Source of the DNA: Octopus vulgaris
Lineage: Eukaryota
Length of the DNA stretch: 64,000 nt
Direction: 5' to 3'
Assembly: GCA_951406725.2 (NCBI GenBank)
Contig: OX597816.1
Span: 100,626,001 to 100,690,000 of the forward strand
The notes under the pieces were generated by a model. It saw only the letters and a program-made list of their open reading frames with translations. It was not told the DNA's origin and searched no databases. The translations under genes and the position numbers were made by a program. This document shows, in pieces, positions 36,301 to 49,212 of the stretch; the stretch's first letter is position 1; every line of letters starts with the position of its first letter.

Positions 36301-39300
36301 AATCATCACACTGATAGATATAGCAAAAGGGTAGACTTCACATCTGGGTGCTAAGTTATAAAGTTACCATTCTTTCTCACTATTTTTGATGCTTTAAATT
36401 TATCATACTGTAACTGAGACTAATTATAATTTCTATTATAAATAAGACTGGTTGAAGAAACCATATTATTACTAATACATTAGAGACGGTCTAATGCTAA
36501 TTATCTCAACTAAATTAAATTGGAGATTTTAAACTCGTAAAAAACACTTTATGTGTGTAATATTTACTTTAATCATGTGCCTTATGCACAAATATGAAGC
36601 ATAAAGTAATAGAGTATCATTTTCAATGTCAGACCATGAAACAAAATTTACATTATATTAGGGCTGTGTCTCAGTAGAAAATATTTAATGTGTGTATCTT
36701 CGTTTTTAACTAACAACTTGATATATTAGGAAATTCATGTAATGTAACAAATAAGATTTGTGAATCTAGCTTTGATTTAAATGGAAATCAGGATCTATAC
36801 AAAAAAGTTATCACTCATTCAAATCTGCCTCATAATTTACCATGTTTAAACGATTATCTTCTAATGTTAATCTTTTAAATGTCTCAAGCACATTGATTAG
36901 TATGTACATATCAAGATTGAGGTAAAAGTATAAATAATAAAATCCTTGCATCTGCTTCAATTACCCTCATCCCATCTAATTGACCTATATAAATGGAACT
37001 TTCAGAAATACACCTGAACCCATAAAAATAATTCAAACTTTGAGTTGAATATACCTTTAACAAACTAATATAATTATATTTTCATCCTACTATGAGTGTG
37101 ACATGTGCTATTGGCACTAAGTTGAGTTTTCACCCAAGTATCATTTCTGATAGTTCTAATCTTTGTAGCTGCAGATAAGTAGCACATCCACTTAAGAGTT
37201 AATTGCTTAACATTAAAATAGTTTTTGAACTGTATGTTATCTTCTCTTGAGGCATCTAATCCATCAATACATTGGCTTAGGTTCTGAATGAATTTAACTG
37301 TAAATGTAGAACAATTGGAAAGCATCAACTTAGCTGTACAACAAACCTATTGAATGTTTAACAGATAGAGTATGATTTTAAATAACTTCAAAACCACAAA
37401 GAGGATTTTGGTTAAATAAGGAGTTGATCAAATTAAAATAATTTGTTTCTCTAAATTGCCCATCAATAAAATATGGTTCAAAAGAATACAAATGGAGATT
37501 CAAAGGATTTTATGTCTATTGGTAGTATTTGATTTAATGTCCTATTGGTTAACAATTAGCTCCCCACCATTGCCTCCTTCTTCCTGCTTTGCCTATTCAG
37601 ATATTTACTTAGAATTAATAGACATCAAATATTCACTGTCCCCTAATTATTTTCTTTCTATTTTATATGTCCAGCTAATTTAATGCAGTAATATTGATCA
37701 CCATCACCACTACCATCATAACTATGATCATTAACTACGATATTCTGTGGAGCATTATTGATTAATCTGATTTCTGTCAAACTCATTCATATCTCTTTTT
37801 CCTTCTTTTTGTTTCTTCTGTCGCATCCTCTTCCCCATTGTAGCTTTTAAACTTTTCTAAATAGTAACAAATTAAATGATTCAGTGTTTTACAATAGTAG
37901 TGATTCACTAGCTACTGTATGCTTGTGCACCTCACCCTGCTAGAAAAAGCAGATAAATGCTCCTTAAATAATATTTTATTATCTTACAAAAGAAAGGTCA
38001 CATCCACTAATGTAGTACTAGAAGCATTATATCAGGAAAAAGACTATATTTGACCCTTTCATGCATGTGGGTATATAATGTCAGTAAACTCTTATACCCA
38101 CACTGATCATAACTGATGTAAAACTTAATTTCCAGTGTAATTTTTTAAATAAATATTGATCCTGTCTTCTGCATAGTCAAATCTTTTGTTAACATTTTAT
38201 GGATAACCATCATTTTTGCTTTCTAGGTTTTCTTGATTACATCAATAATCACCAACTTAAAGCTGGTTCATATTAATTCACAACACATCTTACATTATAC
38301 TGTTGTTTTGAAAGCAATACTTAATGGCTGTAATTCTCATCAGGCTTAGCTGAGTCAATAGTTTTTTGTTCTTATAGCTCTTGAATTCTCCCTCTCTCAA
38401 TTGCTCCCGTTTTATATTCTCATTGATGTAATTTGTTGAAGTTTATTCTTGAAAGTCCCTCTATGCATAGTAGTGAGAATGAGCAACAAACTTCTAATCA
38501 CTACTTCAAAATGGCCAGCATTAAGATTATCAATGTGTTGGGGGAAAATAATCAAGCTAAGTTGATGCTGATCAGGTATATTTTGTTATAGAAAGCAATT
38601 TTCTTGATAGGAACAAACCAATAATCTGGGTCTATTGATAGCAACAGTTAGAATGTATAATCATTTACAGAAAATGCACCTTGATAAATGGTTTGATACA
38701 GGAAGTTGAGAAAGCACAAACATTTTTAATATTCTTGCTTTATTATATTTTAAGTTTTCATTGTAATATAGACTTTTTCATTGTATAGTATTCTCTTTTT
38801 ATTTCTTGAACCAATCTAATCTGAGATTTAAGAATGACTTATCTTGTGTTACATGGAATATATTTCTTTATTTTTAATACTAAGTGGACTATATATTTTC
38901 TCTAGAGTATTCAAGAAACCTTAGAACATCGCATTTTTTATTTAGCCACTAAACTTTCTGAACTTATTTCTATTTTTTACTTAAAAACATATAAAACTGA
39001 GAAGGTTGTCTTTGCTTTTTCATTCATTTTCATAAACTATAAACTGAAAGTGAACTTTGAAAGAATGATCACTGCTAGGTTTTTTGTAACTATATAATGT
39101 TGACTAAAATATAGTTATGGTCAATTTACAGAGTCCTTCATACCATTTTTTACCTAATAGTGACAACAAGGATATATTATGTGTTATCAGATTTTATAAT
39201 TAATTTTTAATCAAGCAAGTGTTGGATTTCTCCTACTGCAATGAGGAAAGTCTTACCTAAATTCTACCCTTCAGCTTCTTGTTTTGAAAATTTTAGCTAC

Positions 39301-39411
39301 TCTCATTTGTGTATTTCTATATTAAAGAAAATTTCGCTGTTTGAAAACCTTATATTGAAATACTTAGTATTTTCTGCATTGTAGAAGACACACATACACA
39401 CACACACACAC

Positions 39412-39442
<31 letters not shown>

Positions 39443-39449
39443 TGCACAC

Positions 39450-39695
39450 TAACACTGATAGATAAATACAGACTCAATTGTCACAGGTAGAATGGCATTA
39501 TGCTATTTCCTTTCTCAATGGTTTATTGAAACATAAGTAATATTTTACAAATCAAAACAGAAAGATGTATATCTGTTACAAATAATAAATATCTGATGTT
39601 TGAAATGATAAAATGATGCAGAATTACAAAGATTCTCATTCAACAAATTAGTCACTAATTTTATTTCCCAGGCAATGCAGGCATACCCTCCTACA
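39450..39695 (+). mobile_element. Possible decayed non-autonomous Helitron 3' part
   Basis: TTTCCCAGGCAATGCAGGCATACCCTCCTA resembles the terminus at 17580 with CpG decay. Confidence 0.35.
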
Positions 39696-39759
39696 CACAA
39701 TGTGCAGGCATGGGTATGTGGTTAAAATGATTGTCTTCCAACACTATGTGTGTGTGTAT

Positions 39760-39798
<39 letters not shown>

Positions 39799-40329
39799 TT
39801 TCTTCTATTTACTAGTATTCCTTCTAAAATGAGAGAGTTGGTTTCTTACCAAGAAACAAAAGCTTCTTTATTTGAGTTAGGATAACAATAATAATTGTTA
39901 CATATCGAGCTTGAAGAAACTGTAGCATACATTTACTGTTGAACTTAACTGTATCTGTAAAGTTCATGTGGGCCAGTCTCTTTCTTTGCTTGAAAATTCT
40001 AACTTGTCATGTTTGTGGCTTAAGCATTTACTAACATAACCGAGTATGTTAATGATTATTGGTGCAGAAACACTTGGCCACAGATTCTCTTTTTCTCATT
40101 GATTTTGGAAGTGTTCTTTACACCAGCAGAACAACTAACCTCTATGAATGTACATACTTGTTCTTTGCTGTTCCAAATACCTATATCAAGTGAATAATTG
40201 TATATATTAATGGGTACAAAAAATGTATTCTTTTTATACCTAAAAGAACGCATATCCTAAGTGGATCAAAGAACTGCATTGACCTTCTAAGCTCAAATTC
40301 AGAAATTTTTACATGTTTTTAACACGCCT

Positions 40330-40940
40330 TTGCTATCACTGTCAATGTCATAATTTTCTAGTGTTTCTAACATTTCACACCTTATTTATCTGGCCCTGGA
40401 TCTTTATCTTTTCTCATCTTTTTGATGGCATGTTCGCTGTCAGATTTTAAAATCTTTGGTTCTATAATGTTGGATGGTAAAACTTTTCAGGCCTTTTATC
40501 TTAAAATAGGTTTCCTTTGTACTCTGTCCAACTTTTCATGATTTTGTCTTTTTCAAAAAAGCAGTTTTCCTCTTTTGGTTTATAATGTCTCTTTTTGTAT
40601 GTTTTTGTTATTTCTTTCATAATCTTATACAGTTGTTTTGGTCTGTGTGGAGATACTTGATTTCATTTCATTTTTCTTTCAGCCAGTTTTGTTTCTCTTT
40701 CCTTCCTACATTTATTTTTGATGGGTTTTGTTTATGTTTATGGGGTCAGTGTTCTTTATCTTTTTGCATTCTGATATCAACTGGAGAATTTCTTCAGTCA
40801 TTCGTGGCTAGTGTCTCTTTTGCTTTTTCTATAGTAAAGCACTTACTCCATATATCAAACTGTCTTTCAGACTTACTCACTTCACATAAATTTCTTTATT
40901 GGAAGTTTCGCAATGATATTTTTTTATACCTTCATTCATG
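40330..40940 (-). mobile_element. RTE-clade LINE ORF linker (between endonuclease and RT), inverted relative to the adjacent RT
   Basis: Minus strand: PRMTEEILQLISEC..NWLKEK*NEI..LYKIMKEIT..EKDKIMKSWTEY..PKILKSDSEHAIKKMRKDKDPGPD../EMLETLENYDID. Confidence 0.8.
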
Positions 40941-40947
40941 AGCATTT

Positions 40948-41350
40948 CATCATCATCATCATTTAACGTCCGTTTTCCATGCTAGCATGGGTTAGACGGT
41001 TCAACTGGGGTCTGGGAAGCCAGGAGGCTGCGCCAGGCCCAGTCTGATCTGGCAGTATTTCTACAGCTGGATGCCCTTCCGAACGCCAACCACTCCGAGA
41101 GTGTAGTGGGTGCTTTTTACGTGCCACCTGCACAGGTGCCAGATGAGGCTGGCAAACGGCCACGATCGGATGGTGCTTTTTACGTGCCACCGGCATGGGG
41201 CCAGACGAGGCTAGCAACGGTCACAATCGGATGGTGCTTTTTATGTGCCACCGGCACGGAGGCCAGTCGGGGCGGCGCTGGCAACGGCTACGTTCGGACA
41301 GTTCTCTTATGTGCCACCGGCACCTCAGCTACAATTTCCATTGATGTTGT
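40948..41350 (-). mobile_element. Young-looking RTE-type 3' end with four internal repeats
   Basis: (CAT)n-TTAACGTCCGTTTTCCATGCTAGCATGGG..; CpGs largely retained; same family as 1616. Confidence 0.9.
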
Positions 41351-41356
41351 TCATGT

Positions 41357-42240
41357 TTGATATTAATCACCCTGCCAAAACAACCTAAGGCCATTGAGTG
41401 CTATAACTTCAGGACTATTAGTCTCATGCTTTATGCTTTTAAAATATTTCTTACAGTCATACTAGGAAGAAATAAAAACAAAATAAATGCAGCAGTTGGT
41501 GAGGCGCAATTTGGATTTAGGACCAAAAGAGGTACAAGAGATGCCATATTTTGTTTCAACATTCCAGTACAAAAACAAAGGCAGCTACAAAAAGATCCAT
41601 TTTCCTGTTTCACAGATTATGTCAATGCATTTAACTGCAAACACTACCGAGAGCTCATCACTTCATTAGAAAAAGCCAGCTTAGAAGGAAAGGACAACAG
41701 AATGATCTGTTTATTGTACTGAAACCAAAAGGCAGCTGTCAGAATAGATCAGGAATTGTCAGGACCAGCAGAGATCAAAGGAGCTGTAAAATAAGAATTC
41801 ATGCTATCTCTATACCCATTTATATATTTATTGAGTCAAATCAGAGCAAAGGACTCTCTAAATATCAAGGGCATGATATTAATAGCCAAGGGGATGAACA
41901 CAAACAATAAGATATAATACAACATTATTGGCTGACAGTAATGAGAAATTATGAAAATTGTTGATGATGTAAAAGAACAAAGTGACTAAAAAGATATAAA
42001 TATGAATAATGGAAATTAGTAATATTGAACTAAAGGAAACAAGTATAAAGGTAAATAGACAGGTTCTTGAACAAGTAAAACACTCAATGTATTTAGAACA
42101 AATAATAACTTGGAAGGTTGTTGTGAAGAAATTTCTCAGAGAAAAAATAAGGCTAAAACAACATCTATGTGAATAGTAAGTATCTTCATCTCAAAAGACA
42201 TAACACCGAAGCAAATTAAAATTTTGTGTGACACCTTTCC
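41357..42240 (+). mobile_element. RTE-clade LINE reverse transcriptase pseudogene fragment
   Basis: ORF 41357-41722 LITLPKQPKAIECYNFRTISLM..QFGFRTKRGTRDAIF..CFTDYVNAF; continues with stops (NQKAAVRI..IKGAV..; VLEQVKHSMYLE). Confidence 0.9.
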
Positions 42241-42351
42241 CATATGCAGATACATCTACCTATTTATGGTGAAAGTAACAAACATAACATTACATCAGAG
42301 TAAATACTTGGTTCTTTAAAATATGAAGTTTCTCTCTGATATATATAGATG

Positions 42352-42387
<36 letters not shown>

Positions 42388-43149
42388 TATATATAGTGTA
42401 TGTATGTATATTTACTGCCAGCAGGCACTCTCATTCCATATTAAACCACAATTACCTCTCTCATTTCCACTTAGTCAGAGATTGAACATGTGAGTTACCC
42501 ACATGGGTTTTACCCTGGCTATCTTTTTTTCATATCTCTTTAACTTGTGACTTTTTTACTCTTTCCTGAACTTTCCTTTTTGTATCCAACAAAGGACTAT
42601 ATCTGAAACATTATACTTTCACTCTATATCTTATACTGTTTAACTTTTTACATTGCTGTTTGGTTGGAGGTGAATCTGTTTCTTCCACTACTTCAGTAAA
42701 TGATTGGACTCTTGTCACATACTTATATTGTTTATGTTGGGACATTTTGTATCTATCAAATGAAATAATGTTTTCTAGTGTTACTAGATAGTACACATAA
42801 AAATTATGAATATAGATCAGTTTAAGTAAAGCTGAATATTTAACTTTTTTTTTGTTTTACATTTCATTCTTTGTTATTTGGTTCCTTTGTTTAATTATTC
42901 CCACATTCCAGTAGAAGTACTTTTTCAAATATTCCAACTGACTGGAACATTCGTTTTTATCCTTTTAGATCTTGAGTGATATATTTCGCATATATTTTGA
43001 TTTGCTTTGTTTGTTTTGTGTTTTTGGATCAGTTACATATTGTTACAGCAATTGCTCCCTCCATTAGATAACTTTTTTAGGGCTAATAAGTTAACCACAA
43101 AATAGAAGTAGAATCTTATCTGTGTTAGCTAGTAGTAAAGCATTAACAG

Positions 43150-43340
43150 TAGTTGAGTCACTGAGGTAGCTTTTATGCAGTCGATTGACCCCTTTGAAAT
43201 AACAACCAAACCTACTTCAATTTACTCACTATAATCTTAAATATAGTAGGGTACATTGGACCATGTAGTTGTTGATAGGAATACCTTTAGTCATATGTTT
43301 GTTCAGCCAAAATTTTACTTGAAGTGGACAACTATAGCTG
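43150..43340 (+). mobile_element. Old dispersed SINE-like repeat (further copies ~37920-38050, ~46870-46960, ~49370-49555, and - strand ~28600-28770)
   Basis: Shared motif (TA)GAAATA(A/G)CA(A/G)CCAAA..CTC..ATCTT..ACATTGGA..ATGTAGT in several copies. Confidence 0.55.
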
Positions 43341-44041
43341 TAGTCAGCTTTACTTCATCATGGAACCATCAATAATGTTAAAACTGTACTTTTCTTTTTA
43401 TATTAAATAATTAATAGATATATAAAAATATTTTCAGTACAGTTGAAAACCTACTTCTTTTCAGAAATATATTTTGGTGAAGTATATGTTCACAAAGTAA
43501 ATACATTAAATATTACTAGTGAGATGGAGGTGTGGTTGGTTGTTATCGCCACTTAAAATGCTTGAACTTGTGTCACATATCTACAGCAGTCTAATTTACT
43601 TACCAAACTATTGGATATACAATTAAGAATACCTTCTACTATAATTAAGGATAAATTATGTCTAAAGATAACTGTTGACCTTTTGAATTCAAAAGAGTGA
43701 TAACTTTCAAAGCATGAAGAAATTGACCTAAGTTGTGGAAGCAAGTATAGGGTGAACAGTCCACTTTATTTTATACACTATCATTAAGTAGAAAGTAAAT
43801 GGTAATCCATAAGAAGGTAAAAACACCATGATGACATGTTTTAATTTTTAGAACTTCTTTGATTTCCATTCCTCAAGCTTGAATAAGCCTGATGTTCAAC
43901 TGATTGTTATTAAAAGCCTAATCATGACCAATTCCTTATACAACAGGAAATCTATTGTGTAAATGAAAATTTTCAGTGAATTGGATGATATCAATTCTGA
44001 ATTTAATTTTACTGTTTTTTTTCTTTTTTCTTTGTAATCTA

Positions 44042-45318
44042 TCAGGTTGAGTAAAAAATAAGCAACAATTTGAATCATGAAGAATTTGTACTAGACTTTT
44101 GCAGTTTTTAATTTATTTAAACATTTTTTTGCAATTGTCTGATAATACAGACATAGACTTGCTCAAATGCATCAGTAAATTAACATTGATATTTTTTCGC
44201 CATTGTTACAATCATCTAAAATGGAACTGTCAATGTGAAATATTTGAGCAATTTTGCTATTCAACTTCACCAAAGGATGTAAACAGTTGAAACTTCTTGG
44301 GATATCAATGAAACATTTGGTAAGGAAATGACCAGTTACTGGTCAGCTCGAAAATGGTTTAAATGACTATGCAGTGGGGACCTGAGCCTTGAAGATTGTG
44401 AGCATAGTGGACAGCCATGTGTCATTGATGATAGTCAGTTAAAGACCATCATTGAGAAAGATCCACATAAAACCACTTAAAAACTGGCAAAAGAGCTTCA
44501 AGTTAGCCAGAAATCTGTCTGCAATCATTTGCATGCAATCAGAAAATAAAGAAGCTCAACAAATGTGTCCCGCACAATTTGAGTGAAAATCAGAAAATGT
44601 GTAGATATGAAATTTGCTCATTGCTTCTTCTCCATAACCAGACCAATCCATTTCTCAATCGTATTGTAACTTGCGATGAAAAGCGGATTCCATACAGAAA
44701 TTTTTAAAAAATGTTCTTCATAGGGGTTGGACCAAAATGAAGGACTGCAAACTTTCCTTAAACCCGACCTCTTCAAAAGGAAAGTTACGATGACTGTTTG
44801 ATTGTGTACTGCTGGACTTATTTATAACTGCTTGAAATCCAGAAAAACCATTACTGCAGAAACATATTGCCATGAACTTGCCAAAATGAACGAAAAACTG
44901 CAACTCGTCCATCCTAGACTGTTCAACAGAAGAGTGCCAATCATTCTTCATGACAATGCTCAATACATGTTTCACTAATGACAGTCCAGAAGTGGAGGGA
45001 ACTTGGCTACGAAGTTCTTCCCCACCCATCTTATTTTCCAGACCTTTCTCCTACCAACTACCACTTTTTCAAGCACCTTGATAGTTTCCTGCGAGAGGAG
45101 TTCAAAAATCAAACCAATGCTGAAAGTGCATTCAAAGAGTTTGTCAGCTCCAAAACTCCAGACTTTTATGTTACTGGAATAAACAAACTTGTAACTCATT
45201 GGCAAAAATGTGCTGATTGTAATGGTACTTACTTTGATGAATAAAATTTTCCTATAGTTGAGATATATTGTGATAAATTTCATGTTTCAAAACGTTGCTT
45301 ACTTTTTACTCAGCCTGA
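44042..45318 (+). mobile_element. Full-length (1277 bp) inactivated mariner transposon, cecropia/Hsmar1-like
   Basis: TA-TCAGGTTGAGTAAAAAATAAGCAAC ... GTTGCTTACTTTTTACTCAGCCTGA-TA. Broken transposase: SGDLSLEDCEHSGQP, CVPHNLSENQK, RIVTCDEK, LHDNA, LPHPSYFPDLSPTNYHFF..YFDE. Confidence 0.95.
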
Positions 45319-46450
45319 TAGTAATATTGTGTGTACCTAGTTTAACTATCTTGATGGATCATTAGTTATTTAGCTTTCATTCAAGTTTACCAGTAAATTT
45401 ATCAAGTATAACAGTGGCTGACCAATGAACTATTTTTATCACCTGTTATTCTATATTTGTTTTGTCACTAAGTAATTCAAGGAAAGAGACCAACAGACCT
45501 ATTAACTTCCAACCATGAAAATTAATATAAAGTTTTCTGAAAGTATTTAATTACTCTGTTTTAATGTTCGTATGAGTCCTTGTTAGGATAGAATTCCATA
45601 TGTTTTCACATCACTGCTAGACAGGCACAGTATCTTTGTCACTGTAAGTCCTAAAATTGAAGTTGTTTGTCTAATATGTTTATTTTGTGTGAATGAATCT
45701 AAGTGCTGAGCCATTCTTACCATTGACTTCCACAGTTCTGTAGGGATTTAAAATAAATGGTTAAGATCTCTCACACACATACACTTTTTTTCCTTATTTC
45801 CTACACATCCACAAAAATAGATCACTTATTTTTTGATATGATAATTTAATAGTAGTCAGATAGCATATGACTTGTGAATACAGGTTGAAAAATATATCAT
45901 AATACAGTGAAAAATAATTTTTACACAATTTTTAGTAAAAGTTAGGTGTGCATATTTGCTCATTATAAGTCAGTTGAATAATTGTATTGTTGAAAAGTGC
46001 AATTAAAATTGGCCTAGCAGAAAGAGAGAAGGCAATTTTGCATTTCATTCAACTAGGAAATGTCTTCACTTAAGTCTAGCTGAATGAGATTAATTCAATG
46101 CTGTAGAAAATAATATTAAATGAATGCCTTTGAGTTAACATTTCCTTTTGAGTGATGCACATATGCTAAGAGATCATGGCACTAAAGTAGAAGAAAAAGA
46201 ATTTGACATGTGTTATTGAATTGTTTGGAATAGACATTACGAAAAGATTTCTCACTTAACTTATTACTTGATTCAAAACAGCTAAAAGAACTTTAGTTCT
46301 GTTATGTCAAGTGAAAACCAAACAGAAAGCTAACCACTAGCTAAGAGTGAGATAGCACAAAATAGAAAATTTTGTCCATGGCTACTGAGTGAAAAATCAG
46401 AAAGGAAGAGCAAGACAAAAAGGTTTGACTGTTATTTAAATAGTTTAAAG

Positions 46451-47844
46451 CAAAGGTTCTCAACCCATTTTGGCCAAAGGACCCCTTTTGACCCTTGGAG
46501 TTACAAATGGCCCCTCTAGAAAATATTTTTATTTTTCAATATACTACTTATTTTGATATCAGCTGATAATGGCTAAATAAAGGACATCATTTTACATATG
46601 TGCTTGTATGTGGTTGGGAATACAAATTGAAATACAAAAAAACGAAATAATGAATTGAAAGTTTTGTAATTGCGTTTATTTCCACCACTCAACAGTTATG
46701 AAATCTACATGTTGTCTATTGAAAGAGTCTTCTTTGGTACAAGTAAATGCCAGTGAAATCATTTCAAACCTTTCTCTTATCAAAACAGCTAGAACTTGTG
46801 CAACAATCTGACATATAAGTTATTGTCACCCGGGAAGAGGATTTTTATGCTCAAGAAAAATGAGCTAATGAGGTACTCTTTATATGGTTGTTCAATTTGC
46901 TAGAAATAACAGCCAAATCTCCCTCATACTATGCTCCTGTTCGTATTAAGGAAAGGGAAAATATTTATTCCTCTCCATGATTACGATTAAAATTAACATT
47001 TTTGATTTTGTTCAGCTCTATGAATTTAATTTTTTTTAATGCTTCTGTCCATTGCTTGATACAGGAAATTGGAAAAATCCTGACCAAAAAAAGAGAAATT
47101 CTAACTTAACAAAAAATATGGAATGAGAAAGAAAAGTTTCTGTTTTCCAAAAGCCAAAAGATGCTGAAGTGTAATTTTATAATTAAAACAAATTCAAAAT
47201 TTAAATTTCAGAACGTAAGACTTACCACGTTATCTTGTGTTCAAATGTGTATAAAACCTAAAACAAATGTGTATGTATGTGTGTGTGTGTGGTTGGGTCT
47301 TTAATAACCAGGGGTCAGTTTAAGTTCAATCACAGAAAGGAATACAAAATGACAATGAATGCAATCATATGCATATAAACATACCCATACACAAATACAT
47401 ACCTATCAGCCACTCCCAAAAGCCAGTATGTTCCTGCCAAGATTTTGACCACCATTCTTTATATATTTGCACACACATACACACTCATTCAGCTTTTATT
47501 CATTACTTTTTTCTTTTAGTCATCTGTCACTATTCATCTATTTTTAGTTTTTGTTTTGGGGGTTTCACTTTAGCAACACCAATTACACATAGTACCAGGA
47601 ATTTTTTTGGTGTTGCTAAAGTGGAAAAAATATTTTAAGTATTTGAAAATTTGAAATAGAAAGACATGTTTTTTAAAAAAAAACTGACGGTTACAGAGAT
47701 GTGAAAATATGACTACTACTCGTTAATTTCAAATTGAATTTACTAAAGTTGAGAGTCTTCCAGCGCCCCCTAGCACCCCCAAATCTTTTAACGCCCCCCA
47801 CCCAGTGCCCATTTGCTCTAAATTTCCCCTGTTGAGAACCTTTG
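46451..47844. mobile_element. Non-autonomous hAT (Charlie-like) element
   Basis: 14 bp TIR CAAAGGTTCTCAAC/GTTGAGAACCTTTG; perfect 8 bp TSD GTTTAAAG (46443-46450, 47845-47852). Confidence 0.93.
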
Positions 47845-48911
47845 GTTTAAAGTAACTCATAGAATTCTGTTCTTTGATTAGCTTGGATAACATGCAACAA
47901 AATAAGGAAACATTTAAAGTGTCACTTAAAATGAGGTCACTGCAATTCTTTTGCACAAGTTTCAGCATAAACTTCAGTCTGAATGCAAGTCGATTTGAGT
48001 TTCCTATATCATCTTTGCTTTACCTTAAACAAGAAAATATCTGGTCATTTAAGCAAATCTCACACTATCATAGTCAACAGCCCAAATAAAATCCAGTTTT
48101 CTAAAACATTTACAAAATTGTTACAAAGAAAATGTTCCAGAAGTGAACTTGCTTTTGTATCAATTTGTTATCACCTCAGACTTTATCAACTTTTTGTGTA
48201 AGTTCAAAAATTTACTGTAGATACTGTTAACCAATGTCATGACATAACTGCCCAGTTTTGTTTGTTATGTCAACAAAATTTCTACAGTTTCACTTTTTGA
48301 TCCAATCTGTATAAACTAAATATACTATTGTGAATATTCTAAACATATCTCACATTTAGTTATGTATTTATTTATTTTTTGTTTAAACAAAATAGACTAA
48401 CTTTTCACAAAATGCATCCAAGATGAAAAGTAAATATGCTATATTTGAGAATCTGACTAAAAATTTTGCATAAAATATTTCCATTTCTTACAACAAATAT
48501 TTTTAACAGAGGAATCAATATAATTGTAATAAAGCCAATATTCACTTTTTTCCCTTTCATTCTTTAATAGATGCTCCTAAGAAGAGTTTATTCCAAATAT
48601 CTACTGCAAATAATAATCCTGTCTCTCTGTCTCTCTCTCTCTGCCTTCCCTCTGCCTATAGACATTTCTGTCAATATGGTTGTTTTATAATATGTAATCT
48701 CATTCTTCTTCTACATCTCCTTTTACCTCAACCAACGATTTCTGCAATCTAGTCACTCCTCTTTTTATTTTCATCCAGTCTTTTATATTTTCAATACACA
48801 TTCAACATTCTGATTAAATGGTGGTCAGATGGGTACAGACAAATATGTTTAGGTAAAAGTGAGATTAAAATGTGAGAAATAGGTTAGTGATTTGTTGGAC
48901 ATTACAATGTA

Positions 48912-49212
48912 TGAGGGGATCCTCAAAAGTAACCAAAAACCTTTTCTGTGGGACAAGCCCGTTGTAGTTCAGACTTCTGCCTCTAGAAGCCTCTTGATGT
49001 GACGCTTAGGTATCAGTTGTCAAGTGTAGTTCTGCTGTCACATGATGTGTCTTTGCTGTTTATCAGTTTTTGCGATGGTTGAGATGTAGGAATAGCGTGC
49101 TTCCATGAAATTCTGTTTTGTGCTGGGGTAAACAGTAGCTGAAACAATTGTCAAGCTTCAAACAGCTTTCAAGGCAACTGCCATGAGCAAAACATAAGTT
49201 TATGAGTGGTTT
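48912..49212 (+). mobile_element. 5' fragment of a second (irritans-like) mariner
   Basis: TA-TGAGGGGATCCTCAAAAGTAACC TIR-like start; E*RASMKFCFVLG*TVAETIVKLQTAFKATAMSKT*VYEWF matches mariner N-terminal HTH. Confidence 0.8.

Noticed and set aside
41105-41325. CRISPR-like repeat/spacer pattern (GGTGCTTTTTACGTGCCACC every ~60 bp)
   Set aside because: Eukaryotic context, spacers resemble each other, array is part of a dispersed retroelement tail, no cas genes.
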